Positions 18,568-28,350 of a stretch of 64,000 bases of DNA are shown piece after piece. A model generated the notes under the pieces. That model was not told the origin of the DNA, ran no database searches, and was given only the letters and a program-made list of their open reading frames with translations. A program made the position numbers and the translations under genes. The stretch spans positions 702-64,701 of the forward strand of contig JAJEET010000039.1 of NCBI GenBank assembly GCA_022820835.1, read 5' to 3'. The number at the start of each line of letters is the position of its first letter. Positions within the stretch are counted from its first letter, which is position 1. This DNA comes from Candidatus Poribacteria bacterium. Lineage in GTDB: Bacteria > Poribacteria > WGA-4E > WGA-3G.

Positions 18568-20283
18568 TTGAACGAATTACTACAACAAATCTTTAATCTT
18601 GAAACCCCAATTGGTAGAACCATTGTCTACTGGATTCGTATATTCTTTTGGGTCGGTGTTGGAAACTACATTTGGCATTTAGGACGGTTAGGATATGAAT
18701 ATATCTGTCTTAAATTTGTTCAAATCAAAATCAAAAGGGGTCTTGATGTTATATCTCCTGATTTACTCAATCGGTTAGCTAAATCCGTAGTCATCCGTAC
18801 AGGTATTAGAGTAAGTATTATTTACCGGCGAATTCATGATCTGGGTAAAATTAAGCAGAACGGCGGTGAAATTGATCATAATGTCCTCGGTGACATCCAT
18901 GCAGGGGCAACCAGCAGAAAGGCAGGTTTATCGAACTATATCCTCGGTATTCTTATTATCCTCGGTTTAGTTGGGACATTGTGGGGATTAACGACGGCAG
19001 TTATTGAAGTCCAACCGCTTTTGCAAGACATTGATGACCTTGACCAATTGCCCCAAATTTCACGTGCCCTACAGGAAACATTAAAGGGCATGGGCACCGC
19101 ATTTAAAACGACGTTAGCAGGTTTGGTAACATCACTCGGTTTGGGGGCTTTGGGATGGCTTTTTAGTCTTTTAAACTCGGCTTTTCTCACCCAGTTTGAA
19201 ACAGTTGTAGCCACAGAAATAATTCCGCCTTTCAAACAAACCCCAGAGTCATTAATTGAATCCTCTGTAGATCAACTTCAGGTAAGTGTTGGCGAATTTA
19301 AGTTAGCAACGGAAGACAATGTTCGGAGAATGCAGGAATCAATTCAACAATTAACAGAGAAGTCATGGGATGCCTATCTGGAACAACAATACGTCATCGC
19401 AAATGAGTTGCGTGAGATTCCAGGAGAACTTCGTGAAAGTTTAGGCGGAATAAGTGAATATCAAGTCCTGATTAAATCCACGGTGGCATCTTTTGAGAAA
19501 ATGACTGAGAATTTCATGACCGAAATCTCAAAAAATCAATCTGCTGTGGATACTATGGTTGAAGAATTTAGGACATTAACAGAGAAATCCATGTCTCAAG
19601 TTTCGGAGTATCAAGCAGCACTACTTGAAGGTTTAGAAAATGTCGTATCAGAGTTTAAAGAAGAAAGTACGGAATTGAAAACGACAATTCGTGATGCTCA
19701 GAGTTCGCAAGCAAAATTTATTGACGAGCTTGCTAACAACCTTGCTGGCATTCTTGAGAAACAGTTTCAACCCATTGTAGAAAATCAGCAAGATATGATG
19801 GAAGGACTCCGTGTAACGGTTATTAATATACGCCAAATTGCTGACGAGTTACAGATACGGTCTGCTCTTGAGAAGCAGAACGAAGTTTTTGAGAGCATCA
19901 AATCAGAGTTGATACAAAATCAGCAGGAAATGCGTAATAGACTATCGGAATTAATAAGTAAACTTCAAATTATACCTGCTCTTGAGGCACAGAATAAAGT
20001 TTTTGGACGGATTGAAAGTCATCTGGCAGGGCAACGTGACTTGGTCGATAAGCAGATAGAAATAATGCAAACATTAGATAGCAGTGTGAACCGGCTCCAA
20101 CAAACTTTTTCAAAAACAGAATCGGATGAGCAGCAACGTACAGAGCAAATGTTACAGCAGCTCAGGCTGAATTTTGTCGCGCTCAGCGAGAAGATGGATA
20201 CATTGAACCATACAATGAGCAAGCCAGGTTTATATCGTTGGGGATCGGAAATTCGCCGTTGGTTTGGTGTTTTTCGCAGGTAG
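18568..20283 (+). CDS. MotA/ExbB/TolQ-family channel protein with a C-terminal coiled-coil tail of about 350 aa (ZorA-like architecture)
   Basis: Three TM segments. MotA_ExbB-like signature LGILIILGLVGTLWGLTTAV ... LKGMGTAFKTTLAGLVTSLGLGALGW. The remainder is heptad-rich and Q/E-rich with an internal repeat (ALEKQNEVFESIKSEL / ALEAQNKVFGRIESHL). TTG start with GGAG 10 nt upstream. Confidence 0.75.
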   Translation: MNELLQQIFNLETPIGRTIVYWIRIFFWVGVGNYIWHLGRLGYEYICLKFVQIKIKRGLDVISPDLLNRLAKSVVIRTGIRVSIIYRRIHDLGKIKQNGGEIDHNVLGDIHAGATSRKAGLSNYILGILIILGLVGTLWGLTTAVIEVQPLLQDIDDLDQLPQISRALQETLKGMGTAFKTTLAGLVTSLGLGALGWLFSLLNSAFLTQFETVVATEIIPPFKQTPESLIESSVDQLQVSVGEFKLATEDNVRRMQESIQQLTEKSWDAYLEQQYVIANELREIPGELRESLGGISEYQVLIKSTVASFEKMTENFMTEISKNQSAVDTMVEEFRTLTEKSMSQVSEYQAALLEGLENVVSEFKEESTELKTTIRDAQSSQAKFIDELANNLAGILEKQFQPIVENQQDMMEGLRVTVINIRQIADELQIRSALEKQNEVFESIKSELIQNQQEMRNRLSELISKLQIIPALEAQNKVFGRIESHLAGQRDLVDKQIEIMQTLDSSVNRLQQTFSKTESDEQQRTEQMLQQLRLNFVALSEKMDTLNHTMSKPGLYRWGSEIRRWFGVFRR

Positions 20284-20310
20284 TAGTAGAAGGCAGTAGG
20301 AGAGATATTA

Positions 20311-20973
20311 ATGGACCTTCGGATGCGTCAAAATTCTGCTTTGAACGTGTGGCCCGCTTTTACCGATGTTTCCATCGCGATGCTGCTCATCTTTATATTT
20401 TTTCTTTTCATTCAATTTGTTTCCAACAGCAAGTTGATTTTGAAAATCCGAATGGAGAAAAAGCAGGACACGATACAAGAAGCTTTTGAAAAAAGGTTTG
20501 CCAATGAAATAAAAAGAGGTATTATCTCTATTGAACGGGATGGCAACCTGCAGCGATTTATGTTTAGTGACCGAATCCTATTTAAAACTGATGAGGCTGT
20601 CCTCCAACCGCTTGGAAGGTCTACACTCACTGCTGTTGGTCGGTTATTACAGAATTACAAAACGGACGAGAAGGGGCAGCAGTTGTATCAAAGTATTCAA
20701 ATTGAGGGACATACGGACAATGTCCCTATTATGTCTCCAGACCGTTCAAACTGGGAGCTGTCATCAGATCGAGCGATTGCCGTTTTACGTCTTTTTGTCG
20801 ATCATATTGGCATTGATCCGCGAACGCTAAAGGCAACAGGTTATGCAGAATTTCGTCCTGCTGCAGGTGATAGTTCTAATATAGAAGGTGCTAACAGTAC
20901 CGAAACGAAACGCGCGAAAAATCGCAGAATTGAGATCGTTTTAGTCTATTCGGAAACGGAGGGGAACAGGTGA
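20311..20973 (+). CDS. MotB/ZorB-like protein: N-terminal TM with conserved Asp plus OmpA-like peptidoglycan-binding domain
   Basis: WPAFTDVSIAMLLIFIFFLF resembles the MotB TM (Asp codon at 20365-20367). OmpA-like motifs are IEGHTDNVPI, SNWELSSDRAIAVLRLF and NRRIEIVL. Confidence 0.85.
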   Translation: MDLRMRQNSALNVWPAFTDVSIAMLLIFIFFLFIQFVSNSKLILKIRMEKKQDTIQEAFEKRFANEIKRGIISIERDGNLQRFMFSDRILFKTDEAVLQPLGRSTLTAVGRLLQNYKTDEKGQQLYQSIQIEGHTDNVPIMSPDRSNWELSSDRAIAVLRLFVDHIGIDPRTLKATGYAEFRPAAGDSSNIEGANSTETKRAKNRRIEIVLVYSETEGNR

Positions 20974-22352
20974 GCGTTTGTCCTTATGCAAATACGAGTG
21001 AGGTATGTGGCCTGCCAGCAGTAAATACGGATCAGGGCAGTATAGTTGCTTATTGCCAAAAGTGTTCTGAGGTTATTTTTCGATGTGCTTCGGGGCATTG
21101 GAATCGTGCTTTTGCGCGTTATTGCACACAATGTCGTCAAGAACTTGAGAAACCTGCACAATGGGGTATGGCTTCGGCAAATCCGCAACGCACCGCAACA
21201 CTGCCCCACATATCTTCTGTTGATGCTCTGAATCGTGATTACGGTTTCAATACTGGGGTTGTAAATATCCCTAAGATGAACGTTGATGGAGATTTGCCCG
21301 GAATCCTTGTGATTGATGGATTGATCGTCGTCCCGAATCCTAATGAAAAAAAATTGGATGCCTACACAATAGCGAATCCATTCGATCAGAGGAATCTTAA
21401 ATTGAAGTGGAGTATCTCTTACGATGAGGCGTTAACTTATGGGGCAACGCCAGTTTATCATGGGTTCCATCTATACTATGTTAGTTCGGCTGGTATTCGG
21501 CGACAGCCAGTTGTTGGCGGAGAAGTAAAACCTGTGGAATTGAATGATGTAACTTCCGCACCTATTCAACCTACTCCGAAATGCGCCCCACTGAAATGTT
21601 ATATCAATAGAAGTCCAACAATGATTGTTGGCTTGGAGCAAGGTGTGCTACTCTTAGACCTTGTAAATAATGAAAGTAACTATATTGGGCACAAATTTTT
21701 CAGCGAAAACACGGTGATGTCGCCCGTTCAGTGCCGAGAATATATAGTTTTCACTACACTTCAGGGACAAATCTTTACGCTTAACATGAATATGATTGGT
21801 GATAAGATGGTACCGCCAAAGGTGTATCGGGATATATCTTTCTCTGCTCCCATTTCGTTAAGCGGGAGGGTTTATTTTGAGGCTTTAAGCGGGAGCGGCA
21901 ACCGGAGCCTTGCATGTTTCGATCCGAGTTCGGGCAAATTGTCTAAAGTAATAGAAATGGACAACGACCCAGAAAGCAATTTTGAAAATCGCCAAGTTCT
22001 TTTCACACACCCTCCACTTACTGATGGAAACCGATTGTTTGTGTCTGATAGGTATGGAAAGCAGGTTTATATCTATGATATCGAAGATGGTTATTCATCT
22101 AAAAGAAGTTTGCCGCAAAACGATGTTCGATATATGTTTGCTCCGCACCTATCTATCGTTGTGAATAACCGAATTTATTCTCCGACTTCATACGGTTTAA
22201 CTACTCTGGATCTTACACAGAATTATGCCGCCGGACATCGATCATTGGCAATGGGGATGCCACCGGTACCGAAACCGATTGCCCGCCCTGTTCGGTATGG
22301 TGATAAATTGTTTATTTTATGTGAAGATCGACTACTGTGTCTCGGTTGTTAG
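20970..22352 (+). CDS. Double zinc-ribbon protein with C-terminal PQQ/BamB-like beta-propeller
   Basis: The GTG start overlaps the upstream stop (GTGA). The N-terminus has Cys pairs CPYANTSEVCG...CQKCSEVIFRC...CTQCRQEL. It is followed by repeated strand motifs (LIVVPN, HLYYVSS, YIVFTTLQGQIFTLN, GRVYFEAL, NRLFVSDRYGKQVYIYD, DKLFILCEDRLLCL). Confidence 0.6.
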   Translation: MSVCPYANTSEVCGLPAVNTDQGSIVAYCQKCSEVIFRCASGHWNRAFARYCTQCRQELEKPAQWGMASANPQRTATLPHISSVDALNRDYGFNTGVVNIPKMNVDGDLPGILVIDGLIVVPNPNEKKLDAYTIANPFDQRNLKLKWSISYDEALTYGATPVYHGFHLYYVSSAGIRRQPVVGGEVKPVELNDVTSAPIQPTPKCAPLKCYINRSPTMIVGLEQGVLLLDLVNNESNYIGHKFFSENTVMSPVQCREYIVFTTLQGQIFTLNMNMIGDKMVPPKVYRDISFSAPISLSGRVYFEALSGSGNRSLACFDPSSGKLSKVIEMDNDPESNFENRQVLFTHPPLTDGNRLFVSDRYGKQVYIYDIEDGYSSKRSLPQNDVRYMFAPHLSIVVNNRIYSPTSYGLTTLDLTQNYAAGHRSLAMGMPPVPKPIARPVRYGDKLFILCEDRLLCLGC

Positions 22353-22366
22353 GAGGTCGATTTATA

Positions 22367-24286
22367 ATGGAATACTTAATAAGTGTTCAGAGACATATTT
22401 TTTTTGTAATAGTTTTCCTTGTTTTGATGCTATTCTTGCCAGCAGCACATGCCAAACATATTATAGTTGTTTACGATGTGTCTGGTAGTATGATTGGCCT
22501 TAAAATTGGTGGGAGAACAGAAGTCTATATGGAGTCCGATGATATACGTCGGGTTAACGATTATTTGGTAGGTCTGCTATTTACGGATACGTCGCAATCT
22601 TTGCGTGATAGCAATGACACACACATTGAGGAATGCAAAGCTACGTTCGTCGGTAAACCTCTCTACCAGAGCGGTGATGTACTCACTTATGTCGAATATG
22701 CAAAACAAGGGAAGATAAAAATAAACAGATCAAAGGTATCTCGTAACGAATTTCAACGGCAGCTGCCAAACCCGATAAACCTAAAATCATCCTTCCCTGG
22801 GTTGGTTTCTTACTTGCTGCGCGCAGAGGTTGAGGTGTATGACGAATTATACCGTAAGGATGACAATGAAACGTATTGGGTCTTTGTAACGGATGGTGAT
22901 ATTGATAATAGTGGAAAAAGCGATCCTGGCATAACTACAGTCTTACAACGACAGGCAGCAATTGAAAAGGAATTTTATTCGCCACTAATATTGAGTCTTT
23001 TTGTTAACAATCATGTTAAAATTGAAGTTAGACAACTTCAAAAACGGGACGACATCAAGTCAATTTTTATTGCGACTCCAATAAAACCAAAACAGCCAGT
23101 GCGAAAAATACAACTCTCGAGAAATATGGAAGGGCAGTTTTTCAGTGAAACCTTAACTATTGACACGGAGAATTCCGCAAAAACGAAATTTAAACTCAAC
23201 AGTGTCGGTGTAGAAGTTGTTGATAAACACAACAGACCTCTTCAAATTGTGACTGAAGATAATGGATTCGGTGTGCTTGAAGTTCCGCCTATTTTACTTA
23301 ACGAAAATTCACCACCGTATGAATTTCAAATACTGCTTTCCGCACATCCAGAACTTGCTGCTCCCGGCAATGCGTTAAAACTTGAGGTCATATATAACTA
23401 CAATGGTAAAGATGAAGTCTACTCAGCCCCGCTGATGAACTATACAGCAGTTATTGACAGTATCTATGTTGCCACGCTTGAAGAGCCTGATCATCCGACA
23501 AAAAAGTTAGATATCGTTTTTTCTGAAGGTAAATATAGCCAAGCGTTGACTATTCAGAGTGAGAGTCCAAACATAGACGCGTTCCAAATCGGTGAAATCC
23601 GTTGTCAAATTCAGTATAAGGATACCCGTAAACTTTGCGATGTGACTGTGCCTCAAACAATAAAGCGTTTGGGTGAATCTTTTAACTTAGAAGTACCAAA
23701 AGAAAACCGTTTGGATTGGTATGGCAACAAAGTTGTATTTGAAATTGATTATCAATATGAGGGCGATACCAAATCAACTACGATTCAGATGCCCTTTAAA
23801 GTCCGAGGTGGTGGAACAGGTTTCCCAATGTGGTTGCTTTGGGTTCTAATTGCTATTCCTTTAGTTGGCCTTGTTTTACTATTGGTTCGCCAGATAAAGC
23901 CTATCCTTGTTCCTCCTCTACCTGTCTATCATGTTGCGTTAACCGAAGTGGGCGAAGGGGGCACTGAATTAGGGGAAACAAAATATGTTATATTTAAGGA
24001 CAAGGCTACACTTGAATTTGGGGCGCGTGGTTCCAATGAATCCCGTTTTGATGTTGGAAGTGAAGCTTTCTTGTACTGCGACAAGAAAAATATCATACTT
24101 TTTACTGATGCTGACGACGACGAAGGACAAATATTAGATTTACCAGAAACAATAACGTTGATTCGAGATGAAGATGATGAAGTCTGCGTCCGTTGTGAGA
24201 TAGTAGACGATACCTCTGACGAATCAGAGGAGGAGCGATCTATTATTGACGCGAATCCTTCTAATGATGACCCGCTTGGTGTATGA
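22367..24286 (+). CDS. Secreted von Willebrand factor A (vWA) protein with a single TM and an acidic cytosolic C-terminal domain
   Basis: AGGAGG RBS lies 10 nt before ATG 22367. Signal peptide ...LFLPAAHA, then the MIDAS motif IIVVYDVSGSM (22475-22492). TM segment FPMWLLWVLIAIPLVGLVLLLV. The C-terminal domain of about 125 aa ends in a D/E-rich tail ...NDDPLGV. Confidence 0.8.
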   Translation: MEYLISVQRHIFFVIVFLVLMLFLPAAHAKHIIVVYDVSGSMIGLKIGGRTEVYMESDDIRRVNDYLVGLLFTDTSQSLRDSNDTHIEECKATFVGKPLYQSGDVLTYVEYAKQGKIKINRSKVSRNEFQRQLPNPINLKSSFPGLVSYLLRAEVEVYDELYRKDDNETYWVFVTDGDIDNSGKSDPGITTVLQRQAAIEKEFYSPLILSLFVNNHVKIEVRQLQKRDDIKSIFIATPIKPKQPVRKIQLSRNMEGQFFSETLTIDTENSAKTKFKLNSVGVEVVDKHNRPLQIVTEDNGFGVLEVPPILLNENSPPYEFQILLSAHPELAAPGNALKLEVIYNYNGKDEVYSAPLMNYTAVIDSIYVATLEEPDHPTKKLDIVFSEGKYSQALTIQSESPNIDAFQIGEIRCQIQYKDTRKLCDVTVPQTIKRLGESFNLEVPKENRLDWYGNKVVFEIDYQYEGDTKSTTIQMPFKVRGGGTGFPMWLLWVLIAIPLVGLVLLLVRQIKPILVPPLPVYHVALTEVGEGGTELGETKYVIFKDKATLEFGARGSNESRFDVGSEAFLYCDKKNIILFTDADDDEGQILDLPETITLIRDEDDEVCVRCEIVDDTSDESEEERSIIDANPSNDDPLGV

Positions 24287-24411
24287 AATTATTTCTTGTC
24301 ATTTTTTCCTATTCATGGTATCTTGCACGCGCATGAGTCAGAAATTTTATTAACTATGAGCGTGCTTTGGAGCATGCCGAGTGACAATAATTGGATATTC
24401 AAGGAGAATGT

Positions 24412-24807
24412 ATGACGGGCATTGCTGATTTTTTTGGAGACCCATTGGTATGGCCGGCTATTGTTTATTTACTTGCTTATACTTTTGTATGGTTGATCGC
24501 ACTTGTGCTCGGTCAATTCTTAAAGAATCGATTTAGCATTGAGCGTGCGGCAAAAATAGCATGGAGAATTGCGCTTTTTATACATATTATCGGCGGAACA
24601 TTTCTTATAATTTGGCTTTGGGACAGAGCGCATAACCGATTCGCAGATGGGTTATATTCACTCCTTTATCTGCTTCTCTACATAGTAATTATGATTGCTG
24701 ATGTTTACTTGATATTTTCAATACTATCCGAGAATCGTAAAAAAACAGAAACTGACTCGCAGACTCCAAAAACAACAGGTAGATCTCGTAACCCAAAAAA
24801 GAGTTGA
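24412..24807 (+). CDS. Small polytopic membrane protein with a basic C-terminus
   Basis: Three to four hydrophobic helices (VWPAIVYLLAYTFVWLIALVLG, IALFIHIIGGTFLIIWLW, LLYLLLYIVIMIADVYLIFSIL). AAGGAG RBS lies before ATG 24412. Confidence 0.5.
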   Translation: MTGIADFFGDPLVWPAIVYLLAYTFVWLIALVLGQFLKNRFSIERAAKIAWRIALFIHIIGGTFLIIWLWDRAHNRFADGLYSLLYLLLYIVIMIADVYLIFSILSENRKKTETDSQTPKTTGRSRNPKKS

Positions 24808-24852
24808 TGAAAACCGCTGTCTGCATAATTTCTAAATACGAGGGAAGACTCT

Positions 24853-27800
24853 ATGATTACACCTACATTATTTATTGGACTTGGAACAACTGGAACCAAT
24901 ATTTTAAAAGAGTTACGTAAACTTATGTCTGAGGAATACGGGCACTTGGGGTTGCCGCTTTTTCGATATATTGCTATTGAAACAAATGGTGAAGTAGAAG
25001 TTCAAAATACTAACCAGATGGAGGATTATGAACGAATTAACCTAATAAGCGCGACAATTCCGACTGTGATACCGATTCGTCATAAACTGACTCCAGGAGA
25101 TCCGTTGCACAATCCACAATTGGTAAATTGGTTGGATCCTGAACTCTTAAAAATTGAAGCAGGTAGCTTTATAGCGGGTGCTTCTAATATCCGTATGGCA
25201 GGTAGATTGTGTTTGTGGGAAAACTGGGCTAACGTACAAAATACATTCAGCAGAGCACTTGGTGCTATTATCGCTCCCGCTACGACACGACAAACAGAGG
25301 ATATATTGACACAACGCAAGAAAATCGCCGGGAATCCTCTTGATACGGAGGGTGCCATTAAAATCTATGTTGTTGGTTCGCTTTGTGGCGGTTCTTGTAG
25401 TGGAATGCTTATTGATGTCGCGTACTTTTTAAGACACCTCCTTAGTGGATACGGTGATCAATCAAAGGTATTTGGAATCTTTACAATATTTGATGAGAAT
25501 CACGCTGCAAAACCGGATGCTATGTGTAATATACGTGCCGCTAATTGTTATGCCAGCCTTTTAGAGTTGAATTATTATCATCATCAGGATACGACTTATG
25601 ATATAACCTTTCCAGATGGACGAAAGATTGAAAATATGCGGAAAAAGCCGTTTGATTATACATTATTTGTTTCACCGAGTGGCAAAATAGCCGGTAACCA
25701 ATTTGTAAAACCAAACGGTTCCTTTGATGAAGAAGGTTTGAACTTGATGGTTGCCCTGAATCTTTTTGCTGAATCTGCTGCGGACACAGGTGGAAGAAAA
25801 GATGAAATTCGCACAAATTTTACGTCTCATGGTAATTTTGGGACATTGAAACCGGTTCCACAAGGTGAAATCCGCACGATGATACGATATATGGCAAGTT
25901 TTGGCTTAACGGCTGTTTGGTACCCTAAATATCGCATCGCAACAGCTGCTGCCTGCTTAATCAGTAACAAATTATGTGACGATTGGCTTACATCACACAT
26001 TCCACAGGCCACGACTGTGAAAAATGCAGAAACGGAATGGAATCAGATACTGAAAGAGAATATTGATACACTCACCAATCCAGACGGGCAAGCACCAATA
26101 AAGAGTCGGATTGAAACACAACTTACATTGGCAAAACAACAATGGGGTAATAAAGATATCTCGTCTTATCAATTAAGCCAGAATATGGAGGGTTTCCCAA
26201 CTGGAGAATCATTCCGGGAGAAATTTGAGCAGGGTGGCGAGTACGTTGAATTAATGAAAATGCAGGGTGCTGAGTGCCAAAAGGCATTTCACAGTGCCAT
26301 CGAAAAAACTTTGAATAACCAATTAGGGCGCATCGATTTTTCCGGAGCACACGGATTACATGACGTGAGAATATTCTTTGAAACGCTTGATAAGGAGATT
26401 GAAAAAACGATTCAAAATTGTCCAGAGCGAATGCCGTCTTTAGATTTGAGAAAACTGAATTTTGAACCGATGGGTAGAGCAAATAATAGTTTTTGGTTGA
26501 AGAGTCTTTGGCTACGTGAGTATGCAGTTAAATCACATCAGAATAACTTAATTGACCAATATTGCAATTTGATTATCGGAGGTGGGACGAGTTTTTATGA
26601 GTCGGTACGAAATTATTATTTAAGGCCGGTTTTACAAGAAATCCGCACCAAACTTGGTTTTGGGGTAATTCCATCGGACGAAGTTGGACCTAACCGACCT
26701 CAAACAATTAAAGAGCGATTGGATAAAATAGAAGGGAACCTAAATGACTGTATCAAGGAATTCAAAAACGAATATAATAAAGCTATCAATCCACCAAGAT
26801 CTGAATGTGTGAAGATTGTTGCTAATAATTCAGAGAATCGAATTGATACGGATGCAGCGACATTGAGTCACCAGATTTCCCAGTCGGATGATGGTATTGA
26901 CTTGCTCCGTGGAGAATCTATAGCTACATTTTTAGCGAAAGAACGGGCAGATATAATCGCTTGGATGACTGAAACTTACCGGCAACTATCGTTAGATCAG
27001 GTACAGGTTGATGATGTTGTTACAAAAGCCCAAAATCTTTTAGACTCCGGAAGTTCAGACATCCAAAATCTCGCCAGTCGATCAAATCCGTACCAGATGT
27101 TCACGCCAACTTATATCCCGTTTACCGTCTCGGATTCACCAAATATAATCTTTGGACAAATTGGGGCGGTATTAACGAATTTAAACAACAATTTAAGTAG
27201 TCCCGAATTATCATTTGGTGTAGGCCCATCTTCTGTAGACCACCTCCTGTTTTTCTATCAAGAGGAAGCAGGTTTTGCCTTAGATGATTTGGTTGCACAA
27301 GGTATGCTTATTGATAAATTTCGGCGAACTCCAGGGGAATATGGACATTCAACCCATCAGAACCCAGATTTTTACAACCTCGAACTTTACGACAAAACAC
27401 AAAAAATCAAACGCTGGTGTCAGGTGTTAGCACGTCTTGTACCGGAAATATGCAACCGAATTGACAGAAAGGCCTTTGAGGGAGTGTTTCAACTTGATCA
27501 TGGGAAATATGTTTATGAATATATCGTAGATGGATCAACCAAATGGCTCGGTTTGCGGAATCACGAGAGTGGGATAAAGGAGCTTTCCATGAAGCAAAAC
27601 GAGAGTGCGTATCATGAATTTTTCAATGCCGTGCAGTCCCGTTTTAATCGACTGGATCGTGAAAAAATTAATGAAAGTATAATCAAACCGTTGTTATTAG
27701 AAGTTGAAAACCTTGAAACTCGTAATACAGTAAATAGTTACTACAATCGTTTCCTGAATGAAGTTTACTCTAACGATACTATCGTGAATGATACGGCTTC

Positions 27801-28344
27801 CAGTGTTGAAGTTGAATTGGACGCGTATTTTTCACAGGTTAGTTCCGGTGCACCTGAGGAAGCTCTACGCAACGAAGCGGAGCAGGAACCACCAGAGCAG
27901 ACCGAAAATATAAGGAGTGAAAGTGCCGCGGATCAAACTACAGACACAGATGACTACGAAGAGGAAACTTCTGAACCAGAGGAAGTGGGACATGATGTCG
28001 GCACCGTGAACCAGCCGAGATATACAAATAGCGACAACTATTACGAAGAAAGTGTAGATTCTGAGGAAACGGATTCATCGTCCGAAAATACGCTATCCAC
28101 AGAAGTCAACGAAGACGAGATTGTATGGAGTGAAGTTGAACCTGAAGCGGATCCCAGTTCCGCAGAAGAATTTACTGAAGAGGTTATGATCAAAGAATCT
28201 TCTTCAGAGCAACAGTCACAGCCAGAAGTTGTCCCTGGAAACGTTAATCAGGATAAACAAACACAACCCTCTAAAGAATTTTCTGTGGCTGATGTTGACT
28301 TAAAACCGATACAGCGTCGTGGGAGCACTCGTAAGAAGGAGTAA
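24853..28344 (+). CDS. Giant tubulin/FtsZ-superfamily GTPase-like protein (Tubulin_2/PF13809-type N-terminal domain) with an acidic disordered tail
   Basis: The N-terminal LFIGLGTTGTNILKEL resembles the T1 loop. VVGSLCGGSCSGMLIDVAYFL (25375-25404) resembles the T4 GGGTGSG signature. The last 160 aa or so are D/E/S-rich and end in a basic patch, RRGSTRKKE. Confidence 0.7.
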   Translation: MITPTLFIGLGTTGTNILKELRKLMSEEYGHLGLPLFRYIAIETNGEVEVQNTNQMEDYERINLISATIPTVIPIRHKLTPGDPLHNPQLVNWLDPELLKIEAGSFIAGASNIRMAGRLCLWENWANVQNTFSRALGAIIAPATTRQTEDILTQRKKIAGNPLDTEGAIKIYVVGSLCGGSCSGMLIDVAYFLRHLLSGYGDQSKVFGIFTIFDENHAAKPDAMCNIRAANCYASLLELNYYHHQDTTYDITFPDGRKIENMRKKPFDYTLFVSPSGKIAGNQFVKPNGSFDEEGLNLMVALNLFAESAADTGGRKDEIRTNFTSHGNFGTLKPVPQGEIRTMIRYMASFGLTAVWYPKYRIATAAACLISNKLCDDWLTSHIPQATTVKNAETEWNQILKENIDTLTNPDGQAPIKSRIETQLTLAKQQWGNKDISSYQLSQNMEGFPTGESFREKFEQGGEYVELMKMQGAECQKAFHSAIEKTLNNQLGRIDFSGAHGLHDVRIFFETLDKEIEKTIQNCPERMPSLDLRKLNFEPMGRANNSFWLKSLWLREYAVKSHQNNLIDQYCNLIIGGGTSFYESVRNYYLRPVLQEIRTKLGFGVIPSDEVGPNRPQTIKERLDKIEGNLNDCIKEFKNEYNKAINPPRSECVKIVANNSENRIDTDAATLSHQISQSDDGIDLLRGESIATFLAKERADIIAWMTETYRQLSLDQVQVDDVVTKAQNLLDSGSSDIQNLASRSNPYQMFTPTYIPFTVSDSPNIIFGQIGAVLTNLNNNLSSPELSFGVGPSSVDHLLFFYQEEAGFALDDLVAQGMLIDKFRRTPGEYGHSTHQNPDFYNLELYDKTQKIKRWCQVLARLVPEICNRIDRKAFEGVFQLDHGKYVYEYIVDGSTKWLGLRNHESGIKELSMKQNESAYHEFFNAVQSRFNRLDREKINESIIKPLLLEVENLETRNTVNSYYNRFLNEVYSNDTIVNDTASSVEVELDAYFSQVSSGAPEEALRNEAEQEPPEQTENIRSESAADQTTDTDDYEEETSEPEEVGHDVGTVNQPRYTNSDNYYEESVDSEETDSSSENTLSTEVNEDEIVWSEVEPEADPSSAEEFTEEVMIKESSSEQQSQPEVVPGNVNQDKQTQPSKEFSVADVDLKPIQRRGSTRKKE

Positions 28345-28350
28345 TCGAGT

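Noticed and set aside
18568-24286. Canonical Zorya system (types I-III).
   Set aside because: Only the ZorA/ZorB-like architecture is present. Downstream proteins show no helicase (ZorD), HNH (ZorE) or other motifs I associate with ZorC-G. I therefore report it as Zorya-like, not as Zorya.
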